Source: Patescibacteria group bacterium
Lineage (GTDB): Bacteria; Patescibacteriota; Patescibacteriia; Patescibacteriales; BS150m-G62
Length of the DNA: 64,000 bases
NCBI GenBank assembly: GCA_016784175.1
Contig: JADHVC010000001.1
Location: 5,567 to 69,566 of the forward strand
Direction: 5' to 3'
Shown: positions 10,456-20,245 of the stretch, piece after piece
Layout of the letters: each line of letters opens with the position of its first letter
Position numbering within the stretch: position 1 is the first letter of the stretch
Position numbers and translations under genes: made by a program
The notes under the pieces: generated by a model
The model's database searches: none
Seen by the model: the letters and a program-made list of their open reading frames with translations, nothing else
Told to the model about the DNA's origin: nothing

Positions 10456-12933
10456 CTATTTTCTATTCAATAAAATTTGTTTCAACCAAAGTAAATAGTT
10501 AATCTCATTTTTTATTCCGGAAGTCACAATCTGATCATCCATTATAAGTAATTCTTTTCTATTAACTACCTCGTCGGGATAATAATTCAAAACCTTTTCA
10601 ATATATTCGTTAGCTTCCAATATTCTCTCCTGACCGATCAATAAATTTATCAAATTTATATAGTACCTGGGTCTGTACTTATCTAAAGATATTGCGCGCT
10701 TAAATTCATTTTCAGCTTTTAGTGTATTACCATCTGTCTCGAATAATTTTCCACTTAACTCATAATTTAACGAATCACCCTCGTCGTGCTGTATCAAATA
10801 ATTAGCAATAGATCTTGACTCCGCCAACTTCATACTCCTCATATTTTGATCATCCATCTGAAGCCCAAGAGTATATTTTATTATTGCAAGCTCACGCAAA
10901 TATTTTACACTCAGTATATTAACTTTAACGGCTCGTTCTAAATATATTTCTGACTGCACATAATCACCCTGATGTTTATGTGCAACTCCTATATTAAAAT
11001 TATAGTAACTCATAGTTATAACTACGCCAACAACTAAAAATAAACATAACCCGACTAACAAATAAAATTTACCAATATTAATTATATTTATATTAGTATC
11101 TTCAGTGTCGACTTCTACAAAAACTGCATTACTCAACAAACCTAAATAAATCCAAAATATAAAATTATTAACTTGATAATGAGATCCAATATCTATAAAA
11201 TTATGCATCAAAAAAGCTAAAACACATAAATAGATTACTAAACATAAATCATCTTTCCTGCTTAATAAAAAACCATAATACAACATATACAATAAAAATA
11301 AAGCAAAGAAAACAAAATTCACAACCCCTACTTCACTAAGCAATTCTAAATACCAATTATGTGCATATTTTCCAGAACTTAAGGGGTTCACCTGATATTC
11401 CGGATAAGCCAAGCTGAATGTACCAAGCCCACTCCCAAACAATGGATAATTTGCAATTATATCAACAGCACCATTCCAATAATCCAAGCGTATATTTGCC
11501 GACACGTCCCCCACCCCAATACTCGACTCTTCTCGCTCTATGAAAGACGCTTTTGAACCTTTCATAAAATCAATTACACTAAAAAATATACCGATCGATA
11601 GAGTCACTAACACTAAACTAAAATATATATTTTTTAAATTAACTTTCTTAATTACGAATAAAAACAAACAAACAATTCCTCCACATAAAAATGCACCCCT
11701 CGACCCAGTTAAAATTAGTGCCGTGATATTTATTCCAGATAATAGAGCAAATAGAATTTTTCTAAAAAAATCTGTAGAAACAAATAAAAAATACAGGCCA
11801 ATAGGAGTCGTCAAAAGCAAAAAACTAGCGAATGGATTAGGCCAATAAAAAACCGAAGTAAGTCTATTATAACTGCCGCCAAGATAAATATCCAAACCAA
11901 CTAAACTAAGAGTCACAGAAATCAACAATAAAGCGAACAACAATATTTTTACATATCGTCTTCTAAGCCTCAAATGCATAAATATAAAATAAACAATACC
12001 AAAAAATAAATAGTAAAACCAATTAACAAGACTCACTAACAATGAACTTGAAAATGGTAAACTTAAAAATGTTAATAATAGAAATAACGACAACATACTC
12101 ATGGCCGTTAACTTCACACCAGCATGACTTGAGCTCACCACTTTATTATGAATCTTTATAAACAATCTAATTGGACATCTTAATAATTTCATAATATATA
12201 ACTGCACAACACCTAAGTGCTTTCTAAAATAGTAATCTTGTGAAACATAGTACAACTCTTTCTTTAAACTAAATATCTTTGAACTTCCTCCACCCAAATG
12301 TATTAAATGTACTGAAGGTAACACCACGCTCACAAACCCAGCAACATTCACTTTTTTACACAAATCAATATCCTCAAAATACATAAAAAATTTTTCATCA
12401 AAACCACCAACCATATCAAAAATAGATTTTCTAATTACTAATGCAGCACCTGTAACCCAATCGGTCTCAAAATATCCATTCCTACATTCACGTTTTCCTA
12501 CTTTAAACTTATTAGAAATTAAACTGAATATATTTGGAAAATCACCATATGCATGTGCCTGCTCACTTCCATCTTCAAGGATCAACTTTGGCAAGACAAT
12601 ACCCACCCCCTCATTAAATATAAATAATTCATCTATCTTTTCTAGAATGTTATCACTTACAATTGTGTCAGAATTTAAAAAAAACAAATATTTACCAGTA
12701 GCAATTTTTGACGCTTGATTATTAGCACATCCAAAACCAACATTTGTTTTATTACTTATTATCTTAACTTTATTAATAAATTTATCTTTAAAATACTCAA
12801 CACTTCCATCGCAAGAATTATTATCAACCAAAATAATTTCAAACATCCTTTCTGAACAATGTTTTAAAACAGAAATTATACAGTTCTTTGTTAACTCTAA
12901 TGTATTATAATTTACTATTATAATTGAAAACAT
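10456..12933 (-). CDS. fusion protein: N-terminal GT2, central O-antigen-ligase-like (Wzy_C) polytopic domain, C-terminal TPR repeats
   Basis: N-terminus MFSIIIVNYNTLELTKNCIISVLKHC...ILVDNNSCDGS is a GT2 domain. The middle has about 10 TM helices with a long periplasmic loop, the Wzy_C/O-antigen ligase architecture. The C-terminus has TPR-like repeats (YLERAVKVN..., ENEFKRAISLDKYRPRYYINLINLLIGQERILEANEYIEKVLNYYPD). Confidence 0.6.
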   Translation of the reverse strand: MFSIIIVNYNTLELTKNCIISVLKHCSERMFEIILVDNNSCDGSVEYFKDKFINKVKIISNKTNVGFGCANNQASKIATGKYLFFLNSDTIVSDNILEKIDELFIFNEGVGIVLPKLILEDGSEQAHAYGDFPNIFSLISNKFKVGKRECRNGYFETDWVTGAALVIRKSIFDMVGGFDEKFFMYFEDIDLCKKVNVAGFVSVVLPSVHLIHLGGGSSKIFSLKKELYYVSQDYYFRKHLGVVQLYIMKLLRCPIRLFIKIHNKVVSSSHAGVKLTAMSMLSLFLLLTFLSLPFSSSLLVSLVNWFYYLFFGIVYFIFMHLRLRRRYVKILLFALLLISVTLSLVGLDIYLGGSYNRLTSVFYWPNPFASFLLLTTPIGLYFLFVSTDFFRKILFALLSGINITALILTGSRGAFLCGGIVCLFLFVIKKVNLKNIYFSLVLVTLSIGIFFSVIDFMKGSKASFIEREESSIGVGDVSANIRLDYWNGAVDIIANYPLFGSGLGTFSLAYPEYQVNPLSSGKYAHNWYLELLSEVGVVNFVFFALFLLYMLYYGFLLSRKDDLCLVIYLCVLAFLMHNFIDIGSHYQVNNFIFWIYLGLLSNAVFVEVDTEDTNINIINIGKFYLLVGLCLFLVVGVVITMSYYNFNIGVAHKHQGDYVQSEIYLERAVKVNILSVKYLRELAIIKYTLGLQMDDQNMRSMKLAESRSIANYLIQHDEGDSLNYELSGKLFETDGNTLKAENEFKRAISLDKYRPRYYINLINLLIGQERILEANEYIEKVLNYYPDEVVNRKELLIMDDQIVTSGIKNEINYLLWLKQILLNRK

Positions 12934-12944
12934 ATAATCTCAAT

Positions 12945-14954
12945 TTATTTATCTATTTGGCTAATTAAATTTTCAAATACCTCTCTCTCTATCCTTACCT
13001 CTTCTTTATGCTCCCCATGAATAATGAGATTTAACTTTTCATTTGCAAGATCAGGAAGCTTGTTTAGTCCCCTATTTAAATATGCTAATGCTTCCGTGGG
13101 CCTATCTTGCCAAAAGAGCAATTGAGCTAAGTTTCGATAATGTATCGTAAAATTTGGATTATACTCTATCGCTTTTTTATATTCCATCTCTGCCTCACTA
13201 AAATATTCAGAGTTATAGTAACTACCAATATATGTATATGCATGCGCGACACTAATCATCGACCTAAATGAATAATTCATTAATTTTATATCCTTAACAA
13301 TACTTAGTAAATCACTTACTAGCTCATGCTTAACTACGCCAGTCTCCATTTGTGATAAACACCTTGAACCATACTCTAAAAAATCTTCCTTGTATGTTAC
13401 TTTATTTGGATTTAAAAATATAGCCATATTTATATTCTCGACAAAATCAGAGCAATTATTTGACGTTAAATATTTGTCTGCGCGTGAACGAAAAAAATCT
13501 GCCCGAGCTACAAATATTAGTTCATAACTCATAAACAGTGCAAAAACCATCACAACCATTAACAATAATCTTTTAAAATATATTTCATTAAAGTACAAAA
13601 CAACAAAACTATCACTTAAAACACAAAGATTCTGAACCAAGATAACCATAAAACCTAAGCACAACAAAGCCATCATATTCCCAACTACTAAAGAAAAACT
13701 AAATAAATCATTAACTGTATGAGCAAATAAAGAGCAAGCTAAAGCAATTATAAGCCAGCACTCATCACGATTAGATTTATCAAGGCCTCTTATGCACGAC
13801 AAGCCGAGGGATAATATATAACAAAATATTGAAATCAATAATAAAAAACCAATAATACCAACTTGTAAAAGTGAGTCCAATACAAAGCTATGTGCACGAG
13901 AGGGATAAGTATTTACTTTTTCATAAATAGCCAGCTCTGGTTTATAATGCTTAGCAAAAATATAATCTAAAGTATCAGGACCATAACCAAACAAAACCCT
14001 AACACTAGTCGCACCTCTCAATTCATCTAATGCGGAACCCCAATGAATCATTCTATTTTTTACTGAACCACTGCTAAAATCTGCAATACTCTTAACTCGC
14101 TGAGCAAAAATGGGACTCAATTGCATTAAGACTATCCCCAAAAATAAAATACCAATCATTATAACATAATGAACCATATTTAATTTAAACTTTAAGGCGT
14201 CAAGGCGTTTAAGATTTAGTGCAAAGAATATCAAAATAATTAAAACAGCGAAGCCGAGCCCAAGCCAAGCTGCTCTTGAATAGGTTAAAATTAAACATAT
14301 AAATTGCAACACAACTAAGCCCAACAAGCTCACCCTCCAAAACATATTAGATGCTAGGAAATAGACTGAATATATAGAAAGCGGAATTACAATTATCAAA
14401 TAATGTCCAAGATAGTTTGGATGACCTAGTGTCGATGATAGTCTATCAGCAAAAGAGTTCTCCATAACACCAAAAAACTGCAATAAACCAAAAACACAAA
14501 CAACAAAAGAAGCTGCACAGAGACAAATTATAAATCTCTTTATCTGACTTAAACTCGAAACACTAAAAACAAGAAGCAAAAAAAATAAAACATAAAAAAA
14601 ATAACTTACAAATCCCTGTTCACGCAAATTTCCACCCCAAATACTTTGATTTAAATTTAAAGAAAAAACTGATGAGATAAATACAGATACTAAATATAAA
14701 AAACACAACGAGATTAAAGTAACTTGTACTTTACTAAACCTCAAACCAGTTCTCAAATTGTCTTTATCAACAAAATATTTAAATATTAACAATAACCACC
14801 CCCCCCCTACTAGCACTTGAAAAATAACCAACTTAGGTAAAATAAATATATCATAAAACTCATTAAAAAAAGCAATGTATACAGGAATAATTAAAACTAT
14901 AGCATATATCAAATAGTCAATAAACCGATCAATATTATTAATAATAACTTTCAT
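12945..14954 (-). CDS. O-antigen-ligase-like (Wzy_C family) polytopic membrane protein with C-terminal TPR repeats
   Basis: 669 aa, multi-TM with a large loop. C-terminal TPR-like segment (EMEYKKAIEYNPNFTIHYRNLAQLLFWQDRPTEALAYLNRGL). It is a paralogous architecture to the neighbouring fusion gene. Confidence 0.55.
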   Translation of the reverse strand: MKVIINNIDRFIDYLIYAIVLIIPVYIAFFNEFYDIFILPKLVIFQVLVGGGWLLLIFKYFVDKDNLRTGLRFSKVQVTLISLCFLYLVSVFISSVFSLNLNQSIWGGNLREQGFVSYFFYVLFFLLLVFSVSSLSQIKRFIICLCAASFVVCVFGLLQFFGVMENSFADRLSSTLGHPNYLGHYLIIVIPLSIYSVYFLASNMFWRVSLLGLVVLQFICLILTYSRAAWLGLGFAVLIILIFFALNLKRLDALKFKLNMVHYVIMIGILFLGIVLMQLSPIFAQRVKSIADFSSGSVKNRMIHWGSALDELRGATSVRVLFGYGPDTLDYIFAKHYKPELAIYEKVNTYPSRAHSFVLDSLLQVGIIGFLLLISIFCYILSLGLSCIRGLDKSNRDECWLIIALACSLFAHTVNDLFSFSLVVGNMMALLCLGFMVILVQNLCVLSDSFVVLYFNEIYFKRLLLMVVMVFALFMSYELIFVARADFFRSRADKYLTSNNCSDFVENINMAIFLNPNKVTYKEDFLEYGSRCLSQMETGVVKHELVSDLLSIVKDIKLMNYSFRSMISVAHAYTYIGSYYNSEYFSEAEMEYKKAIEYNPNFTIHYRNLAQLLFWQDRPTEALAYLNRGLNKLPDLANEKLNLIIHGEHKEEVRIEREVFENLISQIDK

Positions 14955-15042
14955 AATTATAGCCCAACCAAAACTAAAAAAAATTCTCTACCTAAGCAAA
15001 GAACTTTAATTTATTTTACAAAAAAATACAACCAACACGTCC

Positions 15043-15495
15043 TTAACCACCCCAAATTCCAGCTTCAGAAGCTGTTTGAACACCTGCTGGAATCCCACCA
15101 GTCACATTCTCAAGACTATACTGAAGTTTATAAGCCCTTTTATTTACTGGATCTACATTCGTATAAGTATATTCAACATCTCCATTGGGCTGAGGCGTTT
15201 TTGGCACCCTTGTCATATATATTAAAGACGCATCCGAACAAGTCGAATTAAAACCAGAATTTTTTGAATCCAAACACTTATTCCCAATATCAACATTTTC
15301 ACCAGGAGGATAAGAATATTTATCATTATAATAAATTTCCAATGCCGATTGAAGCTGCTTTATATCTGAAATACGACGAGCATCTCTAGACTTCGATCTA
15401 GCTCCATTCAATGCAATCACAGCAAAAGTTGAAAGCAAACCAATTATGGCAATTACTACTAGCAATTCTATAAGAGTAAAACCTTTTTTATTCAT
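15043..15495 (-). CDS. type IV pilin (major pilin-like paralog 2)
   Basis: MNKKGFTLIELLVVIAIIGLLSTFAVIALNGARSKSRDARRISDIKQLQSALEIYYND is a canonical class III leader plus alpha-1 helix. Two Cys near the C-terminus, consistent with a D-region disulfide. Confidence 0.85.
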   Translation of the reverse strand: MNKKGFTLIELLVVIAIIGLLSTFAVIALNGARSKSRDARRISDIKQLQSALEIYYNDKYSYPPGENVDIGNKCLDSKNSGFNSTCSDASLIYMTRVPKTPQPNGDVEYTYTNVDPVNKRAYKLQYSLENVTGGIPAGVQTASEAGIWGG

Positions 15496-15531
15496 AATTA
15501 TTATAATATATCATCTTTATCTCTAAAGGTC

Positions 15532-15540
15532 ATTATACCA
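15532..15540 (-). promoter_or_regulatory. extended -10 element (TGgTATAAT) upstream of pilin paralog 2
   Basis: The minus-strand sequence reads tggtataatgacc, about 36 nt upstream of the ATG at 15495. Confidence 0.4.
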
Positions 15541-15627
15541 CAAATTAAAAAATATATTTAAGATACATGCCGTGCAGAAATGTGCATAAGTTCAAATCTG
15601 TATTTCCAGCGCATAAAACAACAAATT

Positions 15628-15679
15628 CCCCGTTCTGATTTTTAATGAAACTTCAATTTCATTAAAAAATAGAACGGGG
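15628..15679 (-). terminator. long hairpin (about 23-bp stem) immediately downstream of pilin paralog 1, a probable intrinsic terminator
   Basis: ccccgttctgatttttaatgaaa-cttcaa-tttcattaaaaaatagaacgggg is a near-perfect inverted repeat. On the transcribed minus strand it is followed by the U-rich tract aatttgttgtttt. Confidence 0.55.
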
Positions 15680-15718
15680 AATATTGAATCTTTAAGCAGG
15701 ATCCCTTTAAAGACTCAA

Positions 15719-16198
15719 TTAATCAACAATTTTAGAAGCACCATAGATACCAGCTTGTGAAGCAGTGTTCACGCCAGCTGGAACGCCACCAGCACCATTT
15801 TCTAAAGTATATTCGATCTTGTATTCTCTAGCATTTGCAGTGTCTGTATTCCTATACTTATATGCACTTCCATTTGGTGCAGGGTTAGAAGGAACTCTTG
15901 TCATATAAATAGTACCCGTTGGGTTACAAGTAGTTTCTACGAATCCATTTGTGAATAGTTGCAAACATTTATTACCAATTTCAATCGGATTAGCTCCAGT
16001 AGTAGGAGGATATCCATTAGCATCGTTATAATAAAGCTCTAAAGCAGATTGAATTTGCTTAATATCAGAAACACGACGTGCATCTCTAGACTTTGATCTA
16101 GCATTATTTAACGCAATAACAGCTAAAGTTGATAGTAAACCAATAATAGCAATTACTACTAATAGCTCGATTAATGTAAAACCTTTTTGTCTTTTCAT
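15719..16198 (-). CDS. type IV pilin (major pilin-like paralog 1)
   Basis: MKRQKGFTLIELLVVIAIIGLLSTLAVIALNNARSKSRDARRVSDIKQIQSALELYYND. Strong Shine-Dalgarno aagggggtga 7 nt upstream. Two C-terminal Cys. Confidence 0.85.
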   Translation of the reverse strand: MKRQKGFTLIELLVVIAIIGLLSTLAVIALNNARSKSRDARRVSDIKQIQSALELYYNDANGYPPTTGANPIEIGNKCLQLFTNGFVETTCNPTGTIYMTRVPSNPAPNGSAYKYRNTDTANAREYKIEYTLENGAGGVPAGVNTASQAGIYGASKIVD

Positions 16199-16339
16199 TA
16201 TTTCACCCCCTTTCTATTATAAATTATTATAAATATTATAAACAAACCTAAATATACATTTATCCACATTATAGCATACGCTAAAGAAACTTTCAACTAT
16301 CTCTTTTCAACATATTATAAACAACCGATCTACGACGCT

Positions 16340-16531
16340 GTTTAACTGCTCATTATGTCTGCATTATTTTTGAGCGTATATGGAATATGTAATAATTTTT
16401 AGCATAATTTAACTTAAAAAAATTTTATGTTTGAGTGAAGCGAGTTTAAAATTTTTGTTAAATTGTGCGTAAAAAATTGCCCAATATTCCATCCTAAGCG
16501 AAAAAGTGATGCAGGTATAGTGAGTACTTAC
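16340..16531. mobile_element. MITE-like element copy A (about 192 bp, 23-bp terminal inverted repeats)
   Basis: The ends are an inverted pair: left gtttaactgctcattatgtctgcat, right atgcaggtatagtgagtacttac. The body is about 90% identical to copy B. The right end abuts the pilC stop codon. Confidence 0.6.
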
Positions 16532-17739
16532 TACGCTGTTGCCATATTATACATGGGCAATATTACAGCTGCCACCATAGTTCCCACCGCAATTCCCATA
16601 ATAACCATAATAATTGGCTCCATTAATGTCATCAAATTATCGATTGTAGTATTTACCTCACGCTGATAAAACTGAGCCACTCTACCTAGAATCATATCCA
16701 ATTTGCCCGTCTTCTCTCCAATACTCGCCATTTGTGACATCATCTGAGGAATCAATTTCGAAGTTGACAACACACTTGACATAGGACTTCCGTCCTCTAC
16801 TTCTTCCGTTGTTTTTTTGATTAATTTCGCAAAAACCTTATTATTTACTACCTCACCAGACACCTTAAGACTCTCAGTTACAGTAATACCACCGGAAATC
16901 AAAGTCTCCATCGATCGTGAAAAACGAACAATATAAATCTTTTGAAACAACTTACCAAATATTGGCAACTTAAGTAATACATAATCAGCAACATATCCAC
17001 CTTTTGGAGTAGCAACATAGTACTTAAAACCAACGCCAGCACATATTGCACCGATAAAAATCAATATCCAATAATTTTGCATAAAATCAGACAATCCTAT
17101 TAAAATTCGTGTAGCAATAGGTAACTCCACGCCTGATTCAGTCAATACACCAGTCAATTTTGGCACAACAAATACCATCATCACGACACCGACAACAGTC
17201 AAACCAGTCATAACAAAAGCAGGATAAGTCATAGCACCCTTAATCTTTGACATCATATCATAATCCTTTTCCACTTCATCGGCCAAATAAGTTAATGACT
17301 CTGCTAATTTTCCAGAACTTTCGCCACCTCGTATTACACTAGTATGAAAACCAGTAAATACCTTTGGATGACGCGACATAGCATCAGACAGCCTAGAACC
17401 AGAATCAACCTCGTCTGCAACCTCTGAGATAAGCATTTTAAGCTTAATACTTTCAGTTTGCTCAACAATAATCTTTAAAGCTTGCACCATTGCAACATTA
17501 GCAGAAACCATAACCGAAAATTGCCTAAAAAATATCACAAGATCACGAGTTTTAACTGATGAACCAAAAGAAATTACAAAGTTCTTCGATGTAGCCTTGA
17601 TTTTTTGCGCTTCAACAAAAATAACCTTAAGGCCCTCAGCGACAACAAGCCCAGAAGCCTCTTTCTCACTCACCGCGTCCACCAACCCCTCCACTTCCTC
17701 GCCCTGGGTATTTATTGCTTTATATTTGAATACTGCCAT
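16531..17739 (-). CDS. pilC: type IV pilus assembly platform protein PilC (GspF family)
   Basis: 402 aa with two T2SS-F type repeats. N-terminus MAVFKYKAINTQGEEVEG.. is typical of PilC. Three TM segments. Confidence 0.85.
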   Translation of the reverse strand: MAVFKYKAINTQGEEVEGLVDAVSEKEASGLVVAEGLKVIFVEAQKIKATSKNFVISFGSSVKTRDLVIFFRQFSVMVSANVAMVQALKIIVEQTESIKLKMLISEVADEVDSGSRLSDAMSRHPKVFTGFHTSVIRGGESSGKLAESLTYLADEVEKDYDMMSKIKGAMTYPAFVMTGLTVVGVVMMVFVVPKLTGVLTESGVELPIATRILIGLSDFMQNYWILIFIGAICAGVGFKYYVATPKGGYVADYVLLKLPIFGKLFQKIYIVRFSRSMETLISGGITVTESLKVSGEVVNNKVFAKLIKKTTEEVEDGSPMSSVLSTSKLIPQMMSQMASIGEKTGKLDMILGRVAQFYQREVNTTIDNLMTLMEPIIMVIMGIAVGTMVAAVILPMYNMATA

Positions 17740-17762
17740 ATAATTATAGATTATATTCTTAC

Positions 17763-17951
17763 GTAACTACTCACTATATCTGCATTATTTTTGAGCGCAT
17801 ATGGAATATGTAGTAATTTTTAGCACAATTTAACTTAAAAAATTTTATGTTTGAGTGAAGCGAGTTTAAAATTTTTGTTAAATTGTGCGTAAAAAATTGC
17901 CCAATATTCAATCCTAAGCGAAAAAGTGATGCAGATATAGTGAGCAGTTAC
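17763..17951. mobile_element. MITE-like element copy B (189 bp, 23-bp perfect terminal inverted repeats)
   Basis: Left end gtaactactcactatatctgcat and right end atgcagatatagtgagcagttac are reverse complements. Sits between the response regulator stop and the pilC start. Confidence 0.6.
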
Positions 17952-17955
17952 ATTC

Positions 17956-18387
17956 TTACTTCTTTACTAATTGTTTTTTCTTTACTACAGAACTTTTTTT
18001 AGATTTCTTTAGAAGACCCTCTACTTTTTCTACGACCTCAGAAGGCATAAAATGCGCCTTCACTAAATAATCATCTGCTCCCATTGCAAGCCCCCTATCA
18101 ATATCTTTTCTTTGACTCAAATTAGTTAGCAAGATAATTGGTATACCATCAGTTTTTTTGTCTTTTTTAATCTCTCTTAAAAATCCAAAACCATCCAATT
18201 TCGGCATCAAAATATCAAGCAAAATAATATCAGGACTCTTTACTTTCACTAAATCTAATCCCTCCATACCATTCGAAGCTACGAAAACTTTATAATTTTC
18301 ACCTTCAAATTTTGTCGAGTAAATATTTAATAAAAAATAATCATCTTCAACAATCAAAATTACTCCTTTTGGTTTTTGCTTTACCAT
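17956..18387 (-). CDS. stand-alone response regulator receiver domain protein (CheY-like) with Lys-rich C-terminal tail
   Basis: ILIVEDDYFLL...ILLDILMP...DDYLVK shows the conserved receiver Asp residues and a phospho-acceptor in the LLDILMP context. The tail is KKSKKSSVVKKKQLVKK. Confidence 0.8.
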   Translation of the reverse strand: MVKQKPKGVILIVEDDYFLLNIYSTKFEGENYKVFVASNGMEGLDLVKVKSPDIILLDILMPKLDGFGFLREIKKDKKTDGIPIILLTNLSQRKDIDRGLAMGADDYLVKAHFMPSEVVEKVEGLLKKSKKSSVVKKKQLVKK

Positions 18388-18470
18388 ATTTTACTAATAT
18401 AAATAATTATTTATAAAACTTATAGAGAGCTAAATTATACATCAAATATAAAATCGCCTCTTCATATTTT

Positions 18471-20219
18471 TTAACCAGACACAACTCTAAATATTTCCTC
18501 CAAAGTAGTCTTCCCCTGTAGTGCTTTAATAATACCATCTTGCATTAAATCAATAAATGTTTGTGTTGCCTGCACATCGTCTAATGATATCGGTCTATCT
18601 GGCTCATATATCAATTTACGCAATTCATCATTAATATCAATGATCTCCGTAATAGCTAATCGACCAGTATATCCAGTATTTCCACATCGAGGACAACCCT
18701 CTCCCTTATAAAATTGAATCTTATCTACATCATAGCCCTTAATACGTCTTTTTAATACATCTATTGGGGTTTTTTTAAGACTATCATACACTTGCTTAGA
18801 AGCACTCTTTGGAAGATCTGCCTTTACTCGACAATTTGAACAAATTCTGCGAACCAATCTTTGAGCTAAAATAACATTAATAGTGGATGCCAACAAGAAT
18901 CTCTCAGCATTCATATCGATCAATCTAGGAATTGCTCCAATGGCGTTGTTAGTATGCAGTGTTGATAGAACTAGATGGCCTGTTAAGGCAGCGTGTATGC
19001 CGAGTTCAGCAGTTTCATTATCACGAATTTCTCCGACCATCATAATATCTGGATCTTGTCTTAACAATGTACGCAAACCAGATGCAAATGTATAGCCAAG
19101 TAGAGGTCTAATTTGAGACTGATTTACTCCAGGCACATAATACTCAACCGGATCCTCCAATGTAGAGATATTTACACCTTCCTTGTTGATCAAGTTAAGT
19201 ATTGAAAAAAGAGTAGTTGATTTACCAGACCCAGTTGGCCCAGTAATCAAAAATATACCATAAGTCTTTTTCATCTGCTCTCTAATAACCTTCCCTTCCC
19301 TATCCTCAAACCCAAGTTCCTCTAAAGTTGGAGCTCCTTTCGTAACATCTAAAATTCTCATTACAACCTTTTCAGTATCCACTAATGGAATAATTGAAAC
19401 ACGGAAGTCAATCTCATTATCATTAATAAGCAATCGAATACGACCACCCTGAGGAATTCTTGTTTCGTCCAATTTTAAACCAGCCAAAACTTTAATTCTT
19501 GCCACAACCGCATAGTGAATATTTTTAGGTAAAACCAAAGAAGTATGAAGTATTCCATCAATACGATATCTAACCCTAGTCTCCCTAAGCAATGGCTCAA
19601 TATGAATATCACTTGCTTTACCATCAACCGCATGCCTAATAATAACAGAAACAATCTTTGTAACTGGGGCTGATTTAACAACTTCCTCAAGCTCTACACT
19701 TTCAACCTCCTTCTCTTTAATTTCAATCAACTCTTTATCATCCTCCTCCTTAGCCTGTAACGCGGAAACCACTTCCCTACTCATTGATTCGTATTGCTTC
19801 CTAGCATGATTATAGCTAGCAGATGAGATCAAAAAATATTCAATTCTTAGCTGCTTCTTTTTAGCCAAAAAATCCAAAGCACCGATTGCCTTAAAATCAT
19901 CAGGGTTAACTAAACCAACCTTCATAGTTTTTTCATCTTTTTGAAAACAGATAGCCTTATAATTTTCCGAAACCTCATTCGGAATCATATTAAGATCCAT
20001 GTCATTAATCTTTGCAGAAAAAAGGTTTATATATTCAATACCGCTCAAACTAGCCTTCAAATTAATTAACTTCTCTTCGTCAATAAGTTGTTTAGATATC
20101 AACACAAACTCTAAAGATTTCTTCTTTTCATTCGCTTGCTCTTCAGCCTTACTAATATTTACCTGACTTATTAAATTATTTTTTACTAGAGCTTTAATGA
20201 GCTCAGATTTTTTTACCAT
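18471..20219 (-). CDS. pilB: type IV pilus assembly ATPase PilB (GspE family)
   Basis: Walker A GPTGSGKSTT, Asp/His boxes, and the tetracysteine CSNCR...CPRCGNTG. N-terminal GSPII_E_N-like region. Confidence 0.9.
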   Translation of the reverse strand: MVKKSELIKALVKNNLISQVNISKAEEQANEKKKSLEFVLISKQLIDEEKLINLKASLSGIEYINLFSAKINDMDLNMIPNEVSENYKAICFQKDEKTMKVGLVNPDDFKAIGALDFLAKKKQLRIEYFLISSASYNHARKQYESMSREVVSALQAKEEDDKELIEIKEKEVESVELEEVVKSAPVTKIVSVIIRHAVDGKASDIHIEPLLRETRVRYRIDGILHTSLVLPKNIHYAVVARIKVLAGLKLDETRIPQGGRIRLLINDNEIDFRVSIIPLVDTEKVVMRILDVTKGAPTLEELGFEDREGKVIREQMKKTYGIFLITGPTGSGKSTTLFSILNLINKEGVNISTLEDPVEYYVPGVNQSQIRPLLGYTFASGLRTLLRQDPDIMMVGEIRDNETAELGIHAALTGHLVLSTLHTNNAIGAIPRLIDMNAERFLLASTINVILAQRLVRRICSNCRVKADLPKSASKQVYDSLKKTPIDVLKRRIKGYDVDKIQFYKGEGCPRCGNTGYTGRLAITEIIDINDELRKLIYEPDRPISLDDVQATQTFIDLMQDGIIKALQGKTTLEEIFRVVSG

Positions 20220-20245
20220 ATATTCTAAACTTCAATATATAAAAT

